Positions 1-10,351 of a DNA stretch of 64,000 bases are shown piece by piece; position 1 is the first letter of the stretch, and each line of letters opens with the position of its first letter. The DNA is from a virus. The stretch covers positions 32,943 through 96,942 of IMG/VR virus record IMGVR_UViG_3300036980_001087; one strand, given 5' to 3'. The notes beneath the pieces are model-generated. The model did no database searches. It saw only the letters and a program-made list of their open reading frames with translations, and was not told the DNA's origin. The position numbers and the translations under genes were made by a program.

Positions 1-472
1 CACTACCATCTTCATTTGGATTAGTTAATATTTTAAAATCATAATTTTGTTTAATATAACCAACCCAAATATCCCCATTTGATCTTTGAGTTACTGCAAC
101 CTGATCAACAAGTTGACCAGTACCATATATATTTGAAGCTACTAAATAGGTTGTACCTTTTGTCCAACCACTACCATTCCAAGTAAATTTTACATAGTAT
201 ACATTCCAATAAGAACTAAAAGAAGTAAATACTAAAAATATATTACCGTCCGCGTCCATATGGCCCGCTGGATATCGTGCATTTGCTGCTGTAATGGCGG
301 TCCAAGATCCAAAAGATGTTCCTCCATTTGAAGACACACTATAATATAAATAGGTGCCCGCATAGGGAGAAAATTGAATTAAATAATCCCCATATCTAAA
401 TACCTGCCTACTTTCTCCTGAAAGACCGGAGGCAAGAGCAGAAGTAATATAACCTATAGCATGTGCGGCCAT
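1..472 (-). CDS. Partial (runs off window start) putative tail/receptor protein, beta-propeller/BNR-like
   Basis: ATG at 472 overlaps TAA of upstream ORF (TAATG); open frame to base 1 translating MAAHAIGYITSALASGL...YYSVSSNGGTSFGSWT... (Asp-box-like), aromatic/Gly/Thr-rich. Confidence 0.5.
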   Translation of the reverse strand, partial: MAAHAIGYITSALASGLSGESRQVFRYGDYLIQFSPYAGTYLYYSVSSNGGTSFGSWTAITAANARYPAGHMDADGNIFLVFTSFSSYWNVYYVKFTWNGSGWTKGTTYLVASNIYGTGQLVDQVAVTQRSNGDIWVGYIKQNYDFKILTNPNEDGS

Positions 473-927
473 TAATTATCCCCTATAGTAATATTTCCAT
501 CTTGATCTACTTGAAGTAATACTTTATGATTAATACCAGATTTATCATTATACTGATATCCGATAAAATATACGATGTTATGCCCAGATTCTAGTAACTC
601 CTGGGTAAGCTTTACTGTATGCCTTCTAAAAAATACCAATCTAATATTACTTTTCTCTTCCTGTAATTCTTTGCCTACATCCTGCTGTTGTGTATTAATA
701 AATAAAAGACCCCTGGTAAGATCAACTGTAATCTTCAGGGGTTTAATGCTGTGTACTATATAAAAAGAAACTAGATTGCTAGAATTTTCAAGAACTTCCT
801 TAAAAGGATGCTCTTTTCCATCTGCATCATATTGAGAAATCTCAGATCCATCTTTAAATGTTGCTGTCCAATGAAACTTTAGTTCTAGGTTTAGCATTGA
901 ATTACCTCCCCATTCATTAGCCATCAT
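472..927 (-). CDS. Hypothetical phage protein (tail region)
   Basis: 151 aa ORF in the structural operon; GGAGG before the internal Met (MLNLELK) suggests that start. Confidence 0.6.
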   Translation of the reverse strand: MMANEWGGNSMLNLELKFHWTATFKDGSEISQYDADGKEHPFKEVLENSSNLVSFYIVHSIKPLKITVDLTRGLLFINTQQQDVGKELQEEKSNIRLVFFRRHTVKLTQELLESGHNIVYFIGYQYNDKSGINHKVLLQVDQDGNITIGDN

Positions 928-952
928 ATTGGCTATTATTTACACCCTCTAC

Positions 953-1432
953 TTAAACTTCGTCGTACTGGAACGTAAATTCCTTCTGGTTTACTGCTCC
1001 TGCCGGAGTGCTTACGGTAGTTTGTAGTTGTAAGCAAATATAACGAGAGTAACCTGCTGCCGTAATTGTAGTTGTTCCAGCTGCAGAAAGAATTGCTAAT
1101 GCCGTACCTTCAGTAGTAGGAATAGTCGTAACTGCACGAGTTGAAGTAGTTTTAACTGGTTGAACATAAGATGTAACCTGATCCGCCTTAATGTCCTCTC
1201 CAGTAACATACGCACCAGCTGACTTCCAGAACTTCATATTAGAAATTTCAGTAAAAGTACCACTAAACTTAGCCTTAATATCTTTCTCATAACTATTATT
1301 TCCAGCTACGATAGGATAAGATGCGGGCGTAAGATTAGCGGCATCAGTATCACCAAAATTCATATTAGAAATTCCATCAGTTACTGTTTCCCCCGAGCCG
1401 TTAGCTTCACTCCATTGATAAGTGGCTGCCAT
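953..1432 (-). CDS. Putative virion structural protein, beta-rich
   Basis: 159 aa, Thr/Ala-rich, strong GGAGG RBS, ends FQYDEV. Confidence 0.55.
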   Translation of the reverse strand: MAATYQWSEANGSGETVTDGISNMNFGDTDAANLTPASYPIVAGNNSYEKDIKAKFSGTFTEISNMKFWKSAGAYVTGEDIKADQVTSYVQPVKTTSTRAVTTIPTTEGTALAILSAAGTTTITAAGYSRYICLQLQTTVSTPAGAVNQKEFTFQYDEV

Positions 1433-1434
1433 GT

Positions 1435-1851
1435 TTATTCACCTCCTTCTATAAGTTTATCTTGTTCATTATTTGTGCTTTGGTTTTTTTCTAGGTTTAC
1501 ATTTTCCGTACATTTTTTAACTCCTTTTCCTTCCTGATCTATATTTCGTCCACAAGATGGGCACTTAATGTAGCCCATCCCTTCTTCCATATAATTGCTA
1601 TATTTAAAATAGGCCAGGCAATGATCACACTGCACCATCTCTTCATCTTTTGGGGGAGGTATTCCCTTTATGAAATGAAGAAACTTATAATTAGCTCGAG
1701 TAATTTCAAAATCTTTCTTTTTATGTTCATCCCAAATACCATAACATTCACCTACAGCTGCTTTTGGATCCTTTCCCTCTTCATGTACTAATTGACGTAC
1801 ACATCTACTTATGAACGGATTCTTTTTTTCATTTGCTCTAGGTTTAGGCAT
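1435..1851 (-). CDS. Hypothetical protein with PKP..E..FISRC..A.ECY.IW motif plus Zn ribbon
   Basis: N-terminal motif I recognise as recurrent in phage morphogenesis-region proteins; CDHC...CPSC Zn-ribbon. Confidence 0.5.
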   Translation of the reverse strand: MPKPRANEKKNPFISRCVRQLVHEEGKDPKAAVGECYGIWDEHKKKDFEITRANYKFLHFIKGIPPPKDEEMVQCDHCLAYFKYSNYMEEGMGYIKCPSCGRNIDQEGKGVKKCTENVNLEKNQSTNNEQDKLIEGGE

Positions 1852-1852
1852 T

Positions 1853-2779
1853 TTAATATTCGTATGTTAATTTTAATTTAATTTTTAAAGAAACTCCACC
1901 AACAGTATCCGCATCATCTGGAATAGTCGCTCTAAGTTGTAAATATTTAGCATTATTATTCGGTATTGGATTAGAAAAAGATACTGGTTCCCCTCCACCA
2001 ATAGGGGTATAGTCCACAATTGCCTCATCTTTTATAGTATACTCATATTCTACATAAGGTAAAGCGGACACCAATGCGGTTCCTAAACCAATTAAGCCCG
2101 TATCAGCATTATATGTTCCACCTGTAAAATAGTTTGTTCCAGTTTTACTGGGATTATCCCAAACTCCAGTAATACCAGTAATTCTGGGGCAATGAGCTAC
2201 TGTAATTATTGTATTACTATTTTTAGTGGCCAGCTCTAAATCAATATGTTTGGTGGAAGAAATAATTCCACTAGATGCAATGCTGATCCATTGTTCAGCA
2301 TAAATAGTTTTACCATATTCGTCTAAATCTGGATTTATTTCTACAGTTATAACATCTAAATTACTTGGAGCTTTTCCATGTACATTATCCCCAAAATCTA
2401 TTTCTCCAGTAGTCATATTGCAAGTATAAACTTGTGCAGATTGTGCATAACTACTTAAAGAGCCTACTTGAGCCCATTTAGTGCCATTAACCAATATCTC
2501 TATGGTACTTAAGGGCATTAGACTAAGTTCATAATGTTGATTAACGGATCCATCACTAATATATTCTATTGTAACTGACATAGTTACTAATTCAATAGAT
2601 AAATTTCTAACATCGTCTGCTCCTAATATATTTCCCTTATCATTGTACAATAAAATATCATATGGAAGATCAACTACATGTCCTCCATAACAAATTCCAA
2701 AATCAATTGGAGTGGTTATAGTCCCAACTTCAACTGTAGGAGCATCATCCTTAAACATTTGTAAATTTGGAGTAGCCAT
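1853..2779 (-). CDS. Putative distal tail / baseplate-like protein
   Basis: Directly after tape measure; W..V.SL...QVY...GEIDFGD..HGKAP motif resembles baseplate wedge-type domains. Confidence 0.5.
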   Translation of the reverse strand: MATPNLQMFKDDAPTVEVGTITTPIDFGICYGGHVVDLPYDILLYNDKGNILGADDVRNLSIELVTMSVTIEYISDGSVNQHYELSLMPLSTIEILVNGTKWAQVGSLSSYAQSAQVYTCNMTTGEIDFGDNVHGKAPSNLDVITVEINPDLDEYGKTIYAEQWISIASSGIISSTKHIDLELATKNSNTIITVAHCPRITGITGVWDNPSKTGTNYFTGGTYNADTGLIGLGTALVSALPYVEYEYTIKDEAIVDYTPIGGGEPVSFSNPIPNNNAKYLQLRATIPDDADTVGGVSLKIKLKLTYEY

Positions 2780-2788
2780 AATTTTATC

Positions 2789-5700
2789 CTATTGAGTTTT
2801 ACCTGCCATTTTTAATCTAGCACGTTCTTCATTTAATGTATCAATCGATTCATATATCCTCATTCTTGCCTCTTGTAATCCATCTGCAGAAGTACTAAAG
2901 CCTGCCTCTAGATCATTTAATAGTGCATTCTGTGCAGCAATCATTCTATCCAATTGTAATAAAGTAGGCGTACTTGAGATCAATTGTGCATTTCGTCCTA
3001 GAGCAGGGGCATATGCTGCCATTTCTGCTACTCCTGGATTTAAAGCTGGACCTTTTGGAGGATTTAATCCAACTAACCATTTGGAAGTTATATCCGTTTC
3101 TTTATTTCCTCCACCTCTTGCCATTAATTCACCTAGTTTTGTTGCCCATGGAATTATTGATAATAATCCTGCTCCTACGGCCTTTCCTAAAGCAAATCCT
3201 AATGTTGCCATTGAAGTTAACAGCTCTTTATTTGAAAATACGCTCTGTAATACTCCCAATAATAAATTTCCAAATGCTGAAATTAATTGATCAAATGGCT
3301 TTGATTTAGCTATAGCAGTAAATACAGTTAAGAACGTAGAAGTTAATGCTTCTGCAATAGGAACAAGTAATGGTAAAATTATCTCCGCTAATTTTGAAAA
3401 ACCAGAAGCTAAATTATCACTAATTTTTGTTCCAAGATTGTGCTTTTCTTGCTGAGCCCCACCATTCAAAATTAAGTCCATATATTTTAAATAATCAGTC
3501 ATTGCTGGACCAACATAAGTATCTACTACACTCTTTAAAAGTTGGCCTGCTTTGTACAATCCTCCGAATAAGCCACCGGCGGTTTTCTTTCCACCTTCAT
3601 CTAAATTTAAAAATGCTTTATATTCTACGGCTAAGCCCTTTAGTGTATCCCTAATTATAGTAAAAAATGAAGTTTGTGCATCACCAGTAAGTAACATTCC
3701 CGCTATTCTAAATATAGCATCCCCAGCAGACATCGCTTGTTTATAAATGGTACCTAAATCTTTTGCTTCCTCTTTAAAGACTGAATCTAACTCCTTAGAT
3801 AGATCTAGAGGTTCCTGCAGGGCCTTAAACATTTCTCTTATGGACGCTACAGTTGCTCCACCAAGATACTGCCCTAATTGTCTAGCAAATGCTGGATTAT
3901 CCTGTAACTGTGAGCCTATGGTTCGTATAAAGTCATTAGCCGATTTAGGGGAAACTCCCTCTGCCATTGCACTATTTAATGCGGCAGATAGTTCTTCCCC
4001 TGCTGTATCAGATATTTCTTGTAACTTCTTTAATCTCGCTTGTTTACTACCAAAAGATCCGGTACCTGATCCTATTTTTTCTTGTAATTTAGATATTTTT
4101 TCTATTCTTTTAGATATAGAATCATAAGTAGTATTCCAAGCAGTGGCTGCTTTTCCTGCTCCTCCACCAAATAGATTCCCTGCTTGTCCCATAGAGGCCA
4201 ATACTGCTAGCCCCTTTTCATCAGGATTCATTAATTTTTCAATTGCTTGTCCAAATTGTACTAATTGTCTTGGCTGCTTTAATCCAACTTGGGCTAATTT
4301 TCCTGCTGATTCTAACACCCCTTTAAATTTTTCTTCTGCTGTTCCTGCTCCAGAAGCAAATGCGGGCATTAACCATTCGGCAATCATTCTTAATTCTTGA
4401 GAAGTAGCATTGGTATTTAACATAACCTTGGTCATATGGTTAGCTAAATTTGCTGCATTTTTATTGATATCTACTTTAAAAAACTGTGCTATCTCTAAGA
4501 AGGAATCATCTATTGAGGATACCTCTTCCCCAGTAATAATTGAATACTGTGTAATGGCTTTCATATAATCCGTTACTCCAGCAGTAGTACCGGCTATACG
4601 AATAAATCTTTGTTCTATTTTACCCATTACTTCCCACATTTCAGTGGACTGTCCTATATTTTCAACCATCGGGAGAGTGGCATTCTTTCGTGCTGTGCCT
4701 GCCTCCATTCCTCTAGCTACAAGAGGATAAATATTTAAAGATAATGTCCTTAATGTATCTTTTGCATTTTTTATTCCACCAGTAAGCCCCTTTATAAACA
4801 TTCCAGCCATAGATGACGTAATTTTAAAAGCTACTCCTGCGGCTGCACCCAATGTACCAAGTACTAGTGCTCCACCTATCATGGCTAATGCTGCTACTGG
4901 ATGGGCCATACCTAATTTTAAAGCAGAAGTAAGGGCACTTGTAAATAATTCTCCAGCTGCAGTTCCTGGAGATTTAAACCACATAACTGCATTAGAGAAT
5001 ACGTCCTTCATTGCTTTAACTGTGGCTTCGGCTTTATCTTTTGCTTTTTTACTTATTTCCTCTGGCTTTTCTTCTGGAGGAGTAGGCTCTTCTGGCTGTC
5101 CAGATGGAGTAATTGGAGGAGCAGGCGGAGGTGGAGGCGTAATGGCCCCTCCCCTAGCAACAAGATTAGCTGCAGCAAATTGATCAATTGGGGAGTGAGT
5201 AATTGATTGCATCTTTTGTATTAAAGACAACGCTCCAGCATTCGATCCCGTTGAGGAAGAAGTTGCAGCCTTTACGGTCTTTGTAATTCCCAAAGCTTCA
5301 GCTACAGCCAGGTCTGCCACAGCTTGACGCATTAAAATTAATGAATTTGTTACTGTAGGGGCTGCTGCTGCCGTTTTACCCGGAACTGGCTTTTCAAGCT
5401 CTTTAGTCATTCCTACTAAAGCATGTTCTGGCGCAGCTCTTTCTTTCATAAATCTTTGTAAATTAGCTATTTCATGGCTACGTTTAGAACGTAAACCAGA
5501 GGTCATTTGTGTATCTTTTGAAAGGGCAACTAAATAATCATTAGAGGCGGCTGCAAATTTAGTTAAATCTGTTTCTGTAGAGGTTCCCTTCTTAACCTTA
5601 TTAAATACAGAACGCATTGCCTTAACTGCAGATTGTTCTGCAGTAGAGGGCTTAGTAGCATTTCCTTCTAAGTCTAATTTAAGGGAAGAAAATATATGTC

Positions 5701-6079
5701 TTATTTCCCGCTCTAAAAGTTGCTGATTAGTCTTTAATTGATCATCACTCTTGGAGCCTTTTACTCCTTTGGGTCCTACTAAATCAGCAAATTTAGATTG
5801 AACTTTAGAGGGTTCAGGGAGGTTTGCCATTTTAGATGGATCAAATGCGTGCATGGATCCAAAATTAGCAAGGCTTTGCGCCTGCCTGGCACTAACTGCC
5901 TCTGTCATAATCTTAGTTTTTAATTCTGTTTTTTCTAGGGTAGAGGCCTGTCGTCCTAAAAATGCTTCAAGCTCCTTCAATTGTGTCTTAAAGGAGCTCT
6001 TATCTACTTTACCGGCCTGTAATGTAACATTTACAGGCTGAATAATTTCAATTGGGTTTGATTTTATTTGATCTGCCAC
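2789..6079 (-). CDS. Tail tape measure protein
   Basis: 1096 aa Ala/Gly/Leu-rich helical protein with hydrophobic segments, downstream of tube and two chaperone-like genes. Confidence 0.8.
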   Translation of the reverse strand: MADQIKSNPIEIIQPVNVTLQAGKVDKSSFKTQLKELEAFLGRQASTLEKTELKTKIMTEAVSARQAQSLANFGSMHAFDPSKMANLPEPSKVQSKFADLVGPKGVKGSKSDDQLKTNQQLLEREIRHIFSSLKLDLEGNATKPSTAEQSAVKAMRSVFNKVKKGTSTETDLTKFAAASNDYLVALSKDTQMTSGLRSKRSHEIANLQRFMKERAAPEHALVGMTKELEKPVPGKTAAAAPTVTNSLILMRQAVADLAVAEALGITKTVKAATSSSTGSNAGALSLIQKMQSITHSPIDQFAAANLVARGGAITPPPPPAPPITPSGQPEEPTPPEEKPEEISKKAKDKAEATVKAMKDVFSNAVMWFKSPGTAAGELFTSALTSALKLGMAHPVAALAMIGGALVLGTLGAAAGVAFKITSSMAGMFIKGLTGGIKNAKDTLRTLSLNIYPLVARGMEAGTARKNATLPMVENIGQSTEMWEVMGKIEQRFIRIAGTTAGVTDYMKAITQYSIITGEEVSSIDDSFLEIAQFFKVDINKNAANLANHMTKVMLNTNATSQELRMIAEWLMPAFASGAGTAEEKFKGVLESAGKLAQVGLKQPRQLVQFGQAIEKLMNPDEKGLAVLASMGQAGNLFGGGAGKAATAWNTTYDSISKRIEKISKLQEKIGSGTGSFGSKQARLKKLQEISDTAGEELSAALNSAMAEGVSPKSANDFIRTIGSQLQDNPAFARQLGQYLGGATVASIREMFKALQEPLDLSKELDSVFKEEAKDLGTIYKQAMSAGDAIFRIAGMLLTGDAQTSFFTIIRDTLKGLAVEYKAFLNLDEGGKKTAGGLFGGLYKAGQLLKSVVDTYVGPAMTDYLKYMDLILNGGAQQEKHNLGTKISDNLASGFSKLAEIILPLLVPIAEALTSTFLTVFTAIAKSKPFDQLISAFGNLLLGVLQSVFSNKELLTSMATLGFALGKAVGAGLLSIIPWATKLGELMARGGGNKETDITSKWLVGLNPPKGPALNPGVAEMAAYAPALGRNAQLISSTPTLLQLDRMIAAQNALLNDLEAGFSTSADGLQEARMRIYESIDTLNEERARLKMAGKTQ

Positions 6080-6366
6080 TATAAATTAACCTTTTGTCCA
6101 TTCTTAAGTTTATCAAGTTGTTCTTTAGTTGCTCCAAATTTCTTAGCCAACTTGACTAAATCTGTTACCGTGGTTTGTTTATTAGTGGGTGGGGGAAGTT
6201 CCTCTGCTTTAACTCCTTTTCTAATCATAATACAACGAATTAGGCCTGAGATTTCAGGCAGAGTTAAGTTCTGAATTGTTTCTATTGTCCAACCATATTC
6301 AGAAGCAAGTAAATCTATAACAGCAAAGGTATCTTCTAATTGTTTATAATCCACTAATTTTTGCAT
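6079..6366 (-). CDS. Tail assembly chaperone-like (second ORF)
   Basis: LASEYGWTIETIQNLTLPE resembles the GT-type W-T-x-x-x-I-x-x-L-T motif; immediately before tape measure. Confidence 0.6.
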   Translation of the reverse strand: MQKLVDYKQLEDTFAVIDLLASEYGWTIETIQNLTLPEISGLIRCIMIRKGVKAEELPPPTNKQTTVTDLVKLAKKFGATKEQLDKLKNGQKVNL

Positions 6367-6377
6367 AGCAGGACCTA

Positions 6378-6701
6378 TTATTTGCCCGCTATTAAATTAC
6401 TAAACGGGTCGTAGAAAGCAATATCAGAAATCTTCTTTAAGACTTCCCCATTCATAAACTCTTCCACGATCTCCCTGGTAATTTCCGGATTATTCTTGCT
6501 AACAATAAAAAAAGCCACATCTATTTGCATATTGATGTAGCTAGAGGCTAAATCTTCGGGCTTACCCTCTTTATACTGCCCAAGCATCTTTAAGTATTCG
6601 TTCTTCTCCTTAAAAGTAAAAGGACGAACCTTAATTTTAGTTCCGTTTAAAAGTTCGATCTCCTGAAAACCAAATTCAGTTACCCTAGCTTTATCTTCCA
6701 T
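6378..6701 (-). CDS. Tail assembly chaperone
   Basis: 107 aa, IKVRPFTFKE motif, position between tube and tape measure. Confidence 0.6.
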   Translation of the reverse strand: MEDKARVTEFGFQEIELLNGTKIKVRPFTFKEKNEYLKMLGQYKEGKPEDLASSYINMQIDVAFFIVSKNNPEITREIVEEFMNGEVLKKISDIAFYDPFSNLIAGK

Positions 6702-6791
6702 TTTATATACTCCTCTACATTGTTAACTTGTTAATTAAGTTCACAAGTTTTTCCCTGGTTTCCAATTTACGCCTCTACATGTGCGACTAAC

Positions 6792-7163
6792 TTAGGTCGC
6801 GTATGACTTACGTAATTCCAGTCTGTAAGTTATAAAGCCATCCTGAGTTGATGTGATCTCATAGTTGGTAGCTTTACAACGATTCAAAGTCAAGCCGGAA
6901 ATACCACGGGCCACATCAAAATCAGAAGCCTGCAGCTCAATGTCAACATAGCCATTAGAAAGAATATCCTCGATATCCTCTACTGACCACTCAACATAAT
7001 CCACGGAAATCGTGGTGGCTCTATTTCCTAACTCAACCTCTAACGGATCCGGAAACCCACCAGCATACATGTCCACAGGGCCACCATCGAAACGTACAGA
7101 AATACCGGTACATTTTCCGATGACTTCGGAACCAATGCTGATCTTACCAACGCTAAACTTCAT
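6792..7163 (-). CDS. Putative tail tube / major tail protein
   Basis: 123 aa all-beta acidic protein, strong GGAGG RBS, GC-richer codons like the capsid gene, between terminator-like gene and chaperones. Confidence 0.55.
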   Translation of the reverse strand: MKFSVGKISIGSEVIGKCTGISVRFDGGPVDMYAGGFPDPLEVELGNRATTISVDYVEWSVEDIEDILSNGYVDIELQASDFDVARGISGLTLNRCKATNYEITSTQDGFITYRLELRKSYAT

Positions 7164-7202
7164 AGTTTCCTCCTCTTATGCTATGATTGTATTCCCTCAC
7201 AT

Positions 7203-7243
7203 ATTGAAAACGCCTAGAAAGGACAAATCTAATGATTTTTATT
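7203..7243 (-). promoter_or_regulatory. Candidate late promoter (AATAAAAA-N20-AGGCGTTTTCAAT)
   Basis: Intergenic; GTTTTCAAT core shared with 9835, 10366, 14777, 24573. Confidence 0.5.
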
Positions 7244-7270
7244 GAATATAAGTATTTACCCGAAAATGGG

Positions 7271-7690
7271 TTAAGTGGTCCGGCAGGCGTAAAACTCAAA
7301 GTCAATAAGGCCTACGTGGCATTGTGCAGAATCGTCAAAATCCATAGTAAAACTAGTTTTCCTAAGTCTATATACTACAGAGGTTAAGGTGTCATTTAGC
7401 TGGGATCCCTTTAAATCTAGTAAATTTATAATCCTTTTAGCTATATCTGTTGCTTTTTTTACCGGTGAGTCTATTCCAGCCTTCACATAAATCTCAATAG
7501 TTATAATGCCATTTTCATAGCCAGTTTCATCCGTTGCTCCCATAACTGTACCAACTGCAACAAGATACGATTCTACATCTCCACGAGTAAATCCTGCCTG
7601 AATAGGGGCACTATTAGCAGAAGAGGCGCCTAACAATGTGCGTAAAGTACTATCATTCTTTAACTCATCAATTATTGTCTCGGTTATCAT
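7271..7690 (-). CDS. Tail terminator / tail completion protein
   Basis: I..ELKNDSTLRTLLG N-terminus, 139 aa, neck-gene position. Confidence 0.65.
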   Translation of the reverse strand: MITETIIDELKNDSTLRTLLGASSANSAPIQAGFTRGDVESYLVAVGTVMGATDETGYENGIITIEIYVKAGIDSPVKKATDIAKRIINLLDLKGSQLNDTLTSVVYRLRKTSFTMDFDDSAQCHVGLIDFEFYACRTT

Positions 7691-7702
7691 CTTTTCCTCT
7701 CC

Positions 7703-8365
7703 TTAGGCCCCAAATGAAAAATTAGGGGGATTTTCTCTTTTTTTTGTAGTCTGTACGTTTGTATCTCGGGCATCTCTATCTGTTAAATTAAGATTACCTA
7801 ATCCTAACTCTATTATAGTAGGTAAGTTACGTAAAATATACTGTGCGCCAAATTTCATATAGTGCACTGGCTTTATTCCCTTAACCCTTACTACTCCTCC
7901 CTTACCCCCGCGCCCTGCAATAAACACTTCTTTAAGCGTCTTTGTGCTATATTTTCTTCTTCCTCTAGCATATTTAGGAGGAGACTGTAGCTTTCTATAT
8001 CCTACAAAATGAATAGTTTTGCCTGCTTTAATTGTATGCTCTTTGGTTCCAGATTCAATATAGGGAGCATAAGGCACAGTATTTGCGGCCGGATAACCGG
8101 CATACATTCTAATTATAATATTTTTTGGAGTACTATGTACATGCACTATCTTAATTGAATTACGTAGCTTACCGCTCTTTTGTGGAACCTTTGGTTTAAC
8201 TACGGTCTCTTGTACATTTAGTACAAATCTATCAACAATTTCTTCTATTCGTTTATCAATTTTTCCAATTATATTAGACCCAACATATTTAGAAACTCTA
8301 CCTGAAATATGTTTATCTAATTGTGAATAAATAGCGGACGAGTCGATCTTTATTCTTCCAGCCAT
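7703..8365 (-). CDS. HK97 gp10-like neck/tail completion protein
   Basis: VPQKSGKLRNSI, VPYAPYIESGT and GIKPVHYM motifs. Confidence 0.75.
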   Translation of the reverse strand: MAGRIKIDSSAIYSQLDKHISGRVSKYVGSNIIGKIDKRIEEIVDRFVLNVQETVVKPKVPQKSGKLRNSIKIVHVHSTPKNIIIRMYAGYPAANTVPYAPYIESGTKEHTIKAGKTIHFVGYRKLQSPPKYARGRRKYSTKTLKEVFIAGRGGKGGVVRVKGIKPVHYMKFGAQYILRNLPTIIELGLGNLNLTDRDARDTNVQTTKKRENPPNFSFGA

Positions 8366-8700
8366 TATTGCCTCACAATATAGAGCTTTATATGGTGGCC
8401 TTGCCCACCTTCATCTTCTACTCCAACTACTAAATAATAAATTGAGTCAATTAAAATTCTATCATTGGCCTGAACATCTACTGGATTTAAATAAAGTACA
8501 TTTTCAACCCAATAAGAAATTCCACCAACTGAAATTTCATACTTCTCATCATTTGGCTGCATACATACTGGAACTGTTGCGATAGTTATAGAGTGCACAG
8601 TATCCTCTTTTTCACCAAATGTATTTGGAGTGGTTGATTGAGCTGGCCGTAAAATAATTGCTGTTTTATTAAGTAAAGAATCAAATATTGAATCTGCCAT
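8365..8700 (-). CDS. Head closure (head-tail joining) protein
   Basis: 111 aa, DVQANDRILID...Y.V..V; SPP1 gp16-like position. Confidence 0.7.
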   Translation of the reverse strand: MADSIFDSLLNKTAIILRPAQSTTPNTFGEKEDTVHSITIATVPVCMQPNDEKYEISVGGISYWVENVLYLNPVDVQANDRILIDSIYYLVVGVEDEGGQGHHIKLYIVRQ

Positions 8701-8708
8701 ATTTACTC

Positions 8709-9299
8709 CTAAGAGGTTGATCCGGGCTCAAATGTTCCCTGCTTAATTAATACTACTAATTGATCAATGGATTGGCTAAAAGACATTTCTCCGCCCGACG
8801 CTGAAGAGTCAACGTGGTATTTAACCATAAAATCCCCAATCTTTTTAGTATCAATCACGCTGGTGTCTATTGTCCCCGGTTTAAATTTATTTAAAGTATC
8901 TATAGCTAGTAATGCTATAAAAAATTTTACTAAAGCTGGAAGAGTACTAGAGGTCCAACCTATGGTGTAGGATACTTTTACTTCAGTATCTTCTGCAATA
9001 GGTGCAGTTAATACTATAAGCTTACGGTCGGCCAAAAATTTATATTCTCCAGTAACTACTTCTGTATATTCTCCAGCGTCATAGCGCTGTTCTATTTTAG
9101 AAATTACAGCAAGTGGTTCATCTAATTCTAATAATTTAGCCTGGGACCACATGTAATAGGTCCTTATTTTATTCTCTAACTTTAGAAACCCTAAAAGCTC
9201 ATGGGCTCTGGCCTCAGCTATTTCCATAATAGAGTTTGGAAATAATTCAGCATCCAGTCCAGTTAACTCCTCCATGTAAGATGCTTGCACTAATGACAT
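8709..9299 (-). CDS. Head-tail adaptor/connector
   Basis: VKVSYTIGW...LPALVK, KKIGDFMVKY motifs typical of adaptor proteins. Confidence 0.7.
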   Translation of the reverse strand: MSLVQASYMEELTGLDAELFPNSIMEIAEARAHELLGFLKLENKIRTYYMWSQAKLLELDEPLAVISKIEQRYDAGEYTEVVTGEYKFLADRKLIVLTAPIAEDTEVKVSYTIGWTSSTLPALVKFFIALLAIDTLNKFKPGTIDTSVIDTKKIGDFMVKYHVDSSASGGEMSFSQSIDQLVVLIKQGTFEPGSTS

Positions 9300-9301
9300 A
9301 A

Positions 9302-9820
9302 TTACCTCCTAATTTTCTTTTTTTCAGTATTACTAAACAACCAGAAGTCCACAAATAATGGCTTTAGGTTTTTAGTTGTAATTAAATGCCTAATAAAGGC
9401 GTTAAAATTTACATGGTTTGATTTAAGCAAGTCCTGCTTAGAAATTACAAAAATTCCACAGTCCGCTATACGTTCATTATCAAAAATAAGATCCCCATTA
9501 GGCTCTACCCTCCAAGTTTTAGAGCCGCGTAACCTTTTAAGAAATACTGCATTTCCCGGTTGTTTACTTGCCAATGCCTCTATCTCCTTAATATTCCCAG
9601 GTAAAACTCTACATCCAAAAGACACTATAATCTGCTGTTCCTCAATGTGGTTACAGATTTCCCTCAATTTATCCATGGTCTTCTCTATGGTGCAGACAGG
9701 ATATTGAGATTCCATTCTAGTAAATACAAAATATTTTCTATCTAGTAATGATAGCAATGCTTTACCAAGAAAATCTACTTCTTGGTCCTGAGTATTAACA
9801 AAAACTATGACTACGGACAT
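9302..9820 (-). CDS. Degenerate sugar-phosphate nucleotidyltransferase-like protein
   Basis: FLGKALL, IIVSFG, IADCGIFVI, FW motifs recall the NTP_transferase fold, but the GGxGxR loop is absent. Confidence 0.35.
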   Translation of the reverse strand: MSVVIVFVNTQDQEVDFLGKALLSLLDRKYFVFTRMESQYPVCTIEKTMDKLREICNHIEEQQIIVSFGCRVLPGNIKEIEALASKQPGNAVFLKRLRGSKTWRVEPNGDLIFDNERIADCGIFVISKQDLLKSNHVNFNAFIRHLITTKNLKPLFVDFWLFSNTEKKKIRR

Positions 9821-9832
9821 TTGGTCCTCCTA

Positions 9833-10351
9833 TTATTGAAAACTAACTTTGCTTCCCTTTCTTAAATTATCTCCGGCCCACAAAGGTTGTAAGTTTGTAT
9901 AATGAAAACATTTACGTTGTTCTGCTGGTTTGCTCAAATCAAAAGAAGCACAGGGCCTTATATGGTCTACATGCCACTTCCCATAATTCCTCCAGGACAT
10001 GCCTGGTTTAAATTTAGATATAAGATGTTGTTTAAGTTGCTCTATGGAACAACCTAATAATTCTATAGTAGGGGCATCTTTTAAGGACATAGCTATATAG
10101 TTACTTACTCTTCTTCTTAAATTTTTAGTTAATTTAAAATTAATATCTGTTTTATACTTAATTCGTTGATATGCCACTGCCTTTGCATTTATTCTGTCTT
10201 TATTCTTTAAATACCACTTATGACTAAAATTTTTAAACTTGGGTAATAAGTTCTTTTTATGTTTTATATACCAACTATGTTGTAATTTTTTAATTTTTAA
10301 TCTATGTGTAGCTCTATAATTCCTAAGATATAAACTACGTGTTTTATCCAT
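9833..10351 (-). CDS. HNH / endonuclease VII-like homing endonuclease (copy 1)
   Basis: LGCSIEQLKQHL..KFKPGMSW.NYGKWHVDHIRPCASFDL...CFHYTNLQPLW. Confidence 0.85.
   Translation of the reverse strand: MDKTRSLYLRNYRATHRLKIKKLQHSWYIKHKKNLLPKFKNFSHKWYLKNKDRINAKAVAYQRIKYKTDINFKLTKNLRRRVSNYIAMSLKDAPTIELLGCSIEQLKQHLISKFKPGMSWRNYGKWHVDHIRPCASFDLSKPAEQRKCFHYTNLQPLWAGDNLRKGSKVSFQ

Noticed and set aside
2974-6274. Plus-strand ORFs over the tape measure gene (likewise over the protease gene and minus-strand ORFs in the right arm)
   Set aside because: Shadow ORFs opposite well-supported genes.
6366-6400. Programmed -1 frameshift between tail chaperone ORFs
   Set aside because: The second ORF is in the -1 frame, but there is no canonical XXXYYYZ (only G GGC AAA and T AAT TTA) and it has its own ATG; not supportable.
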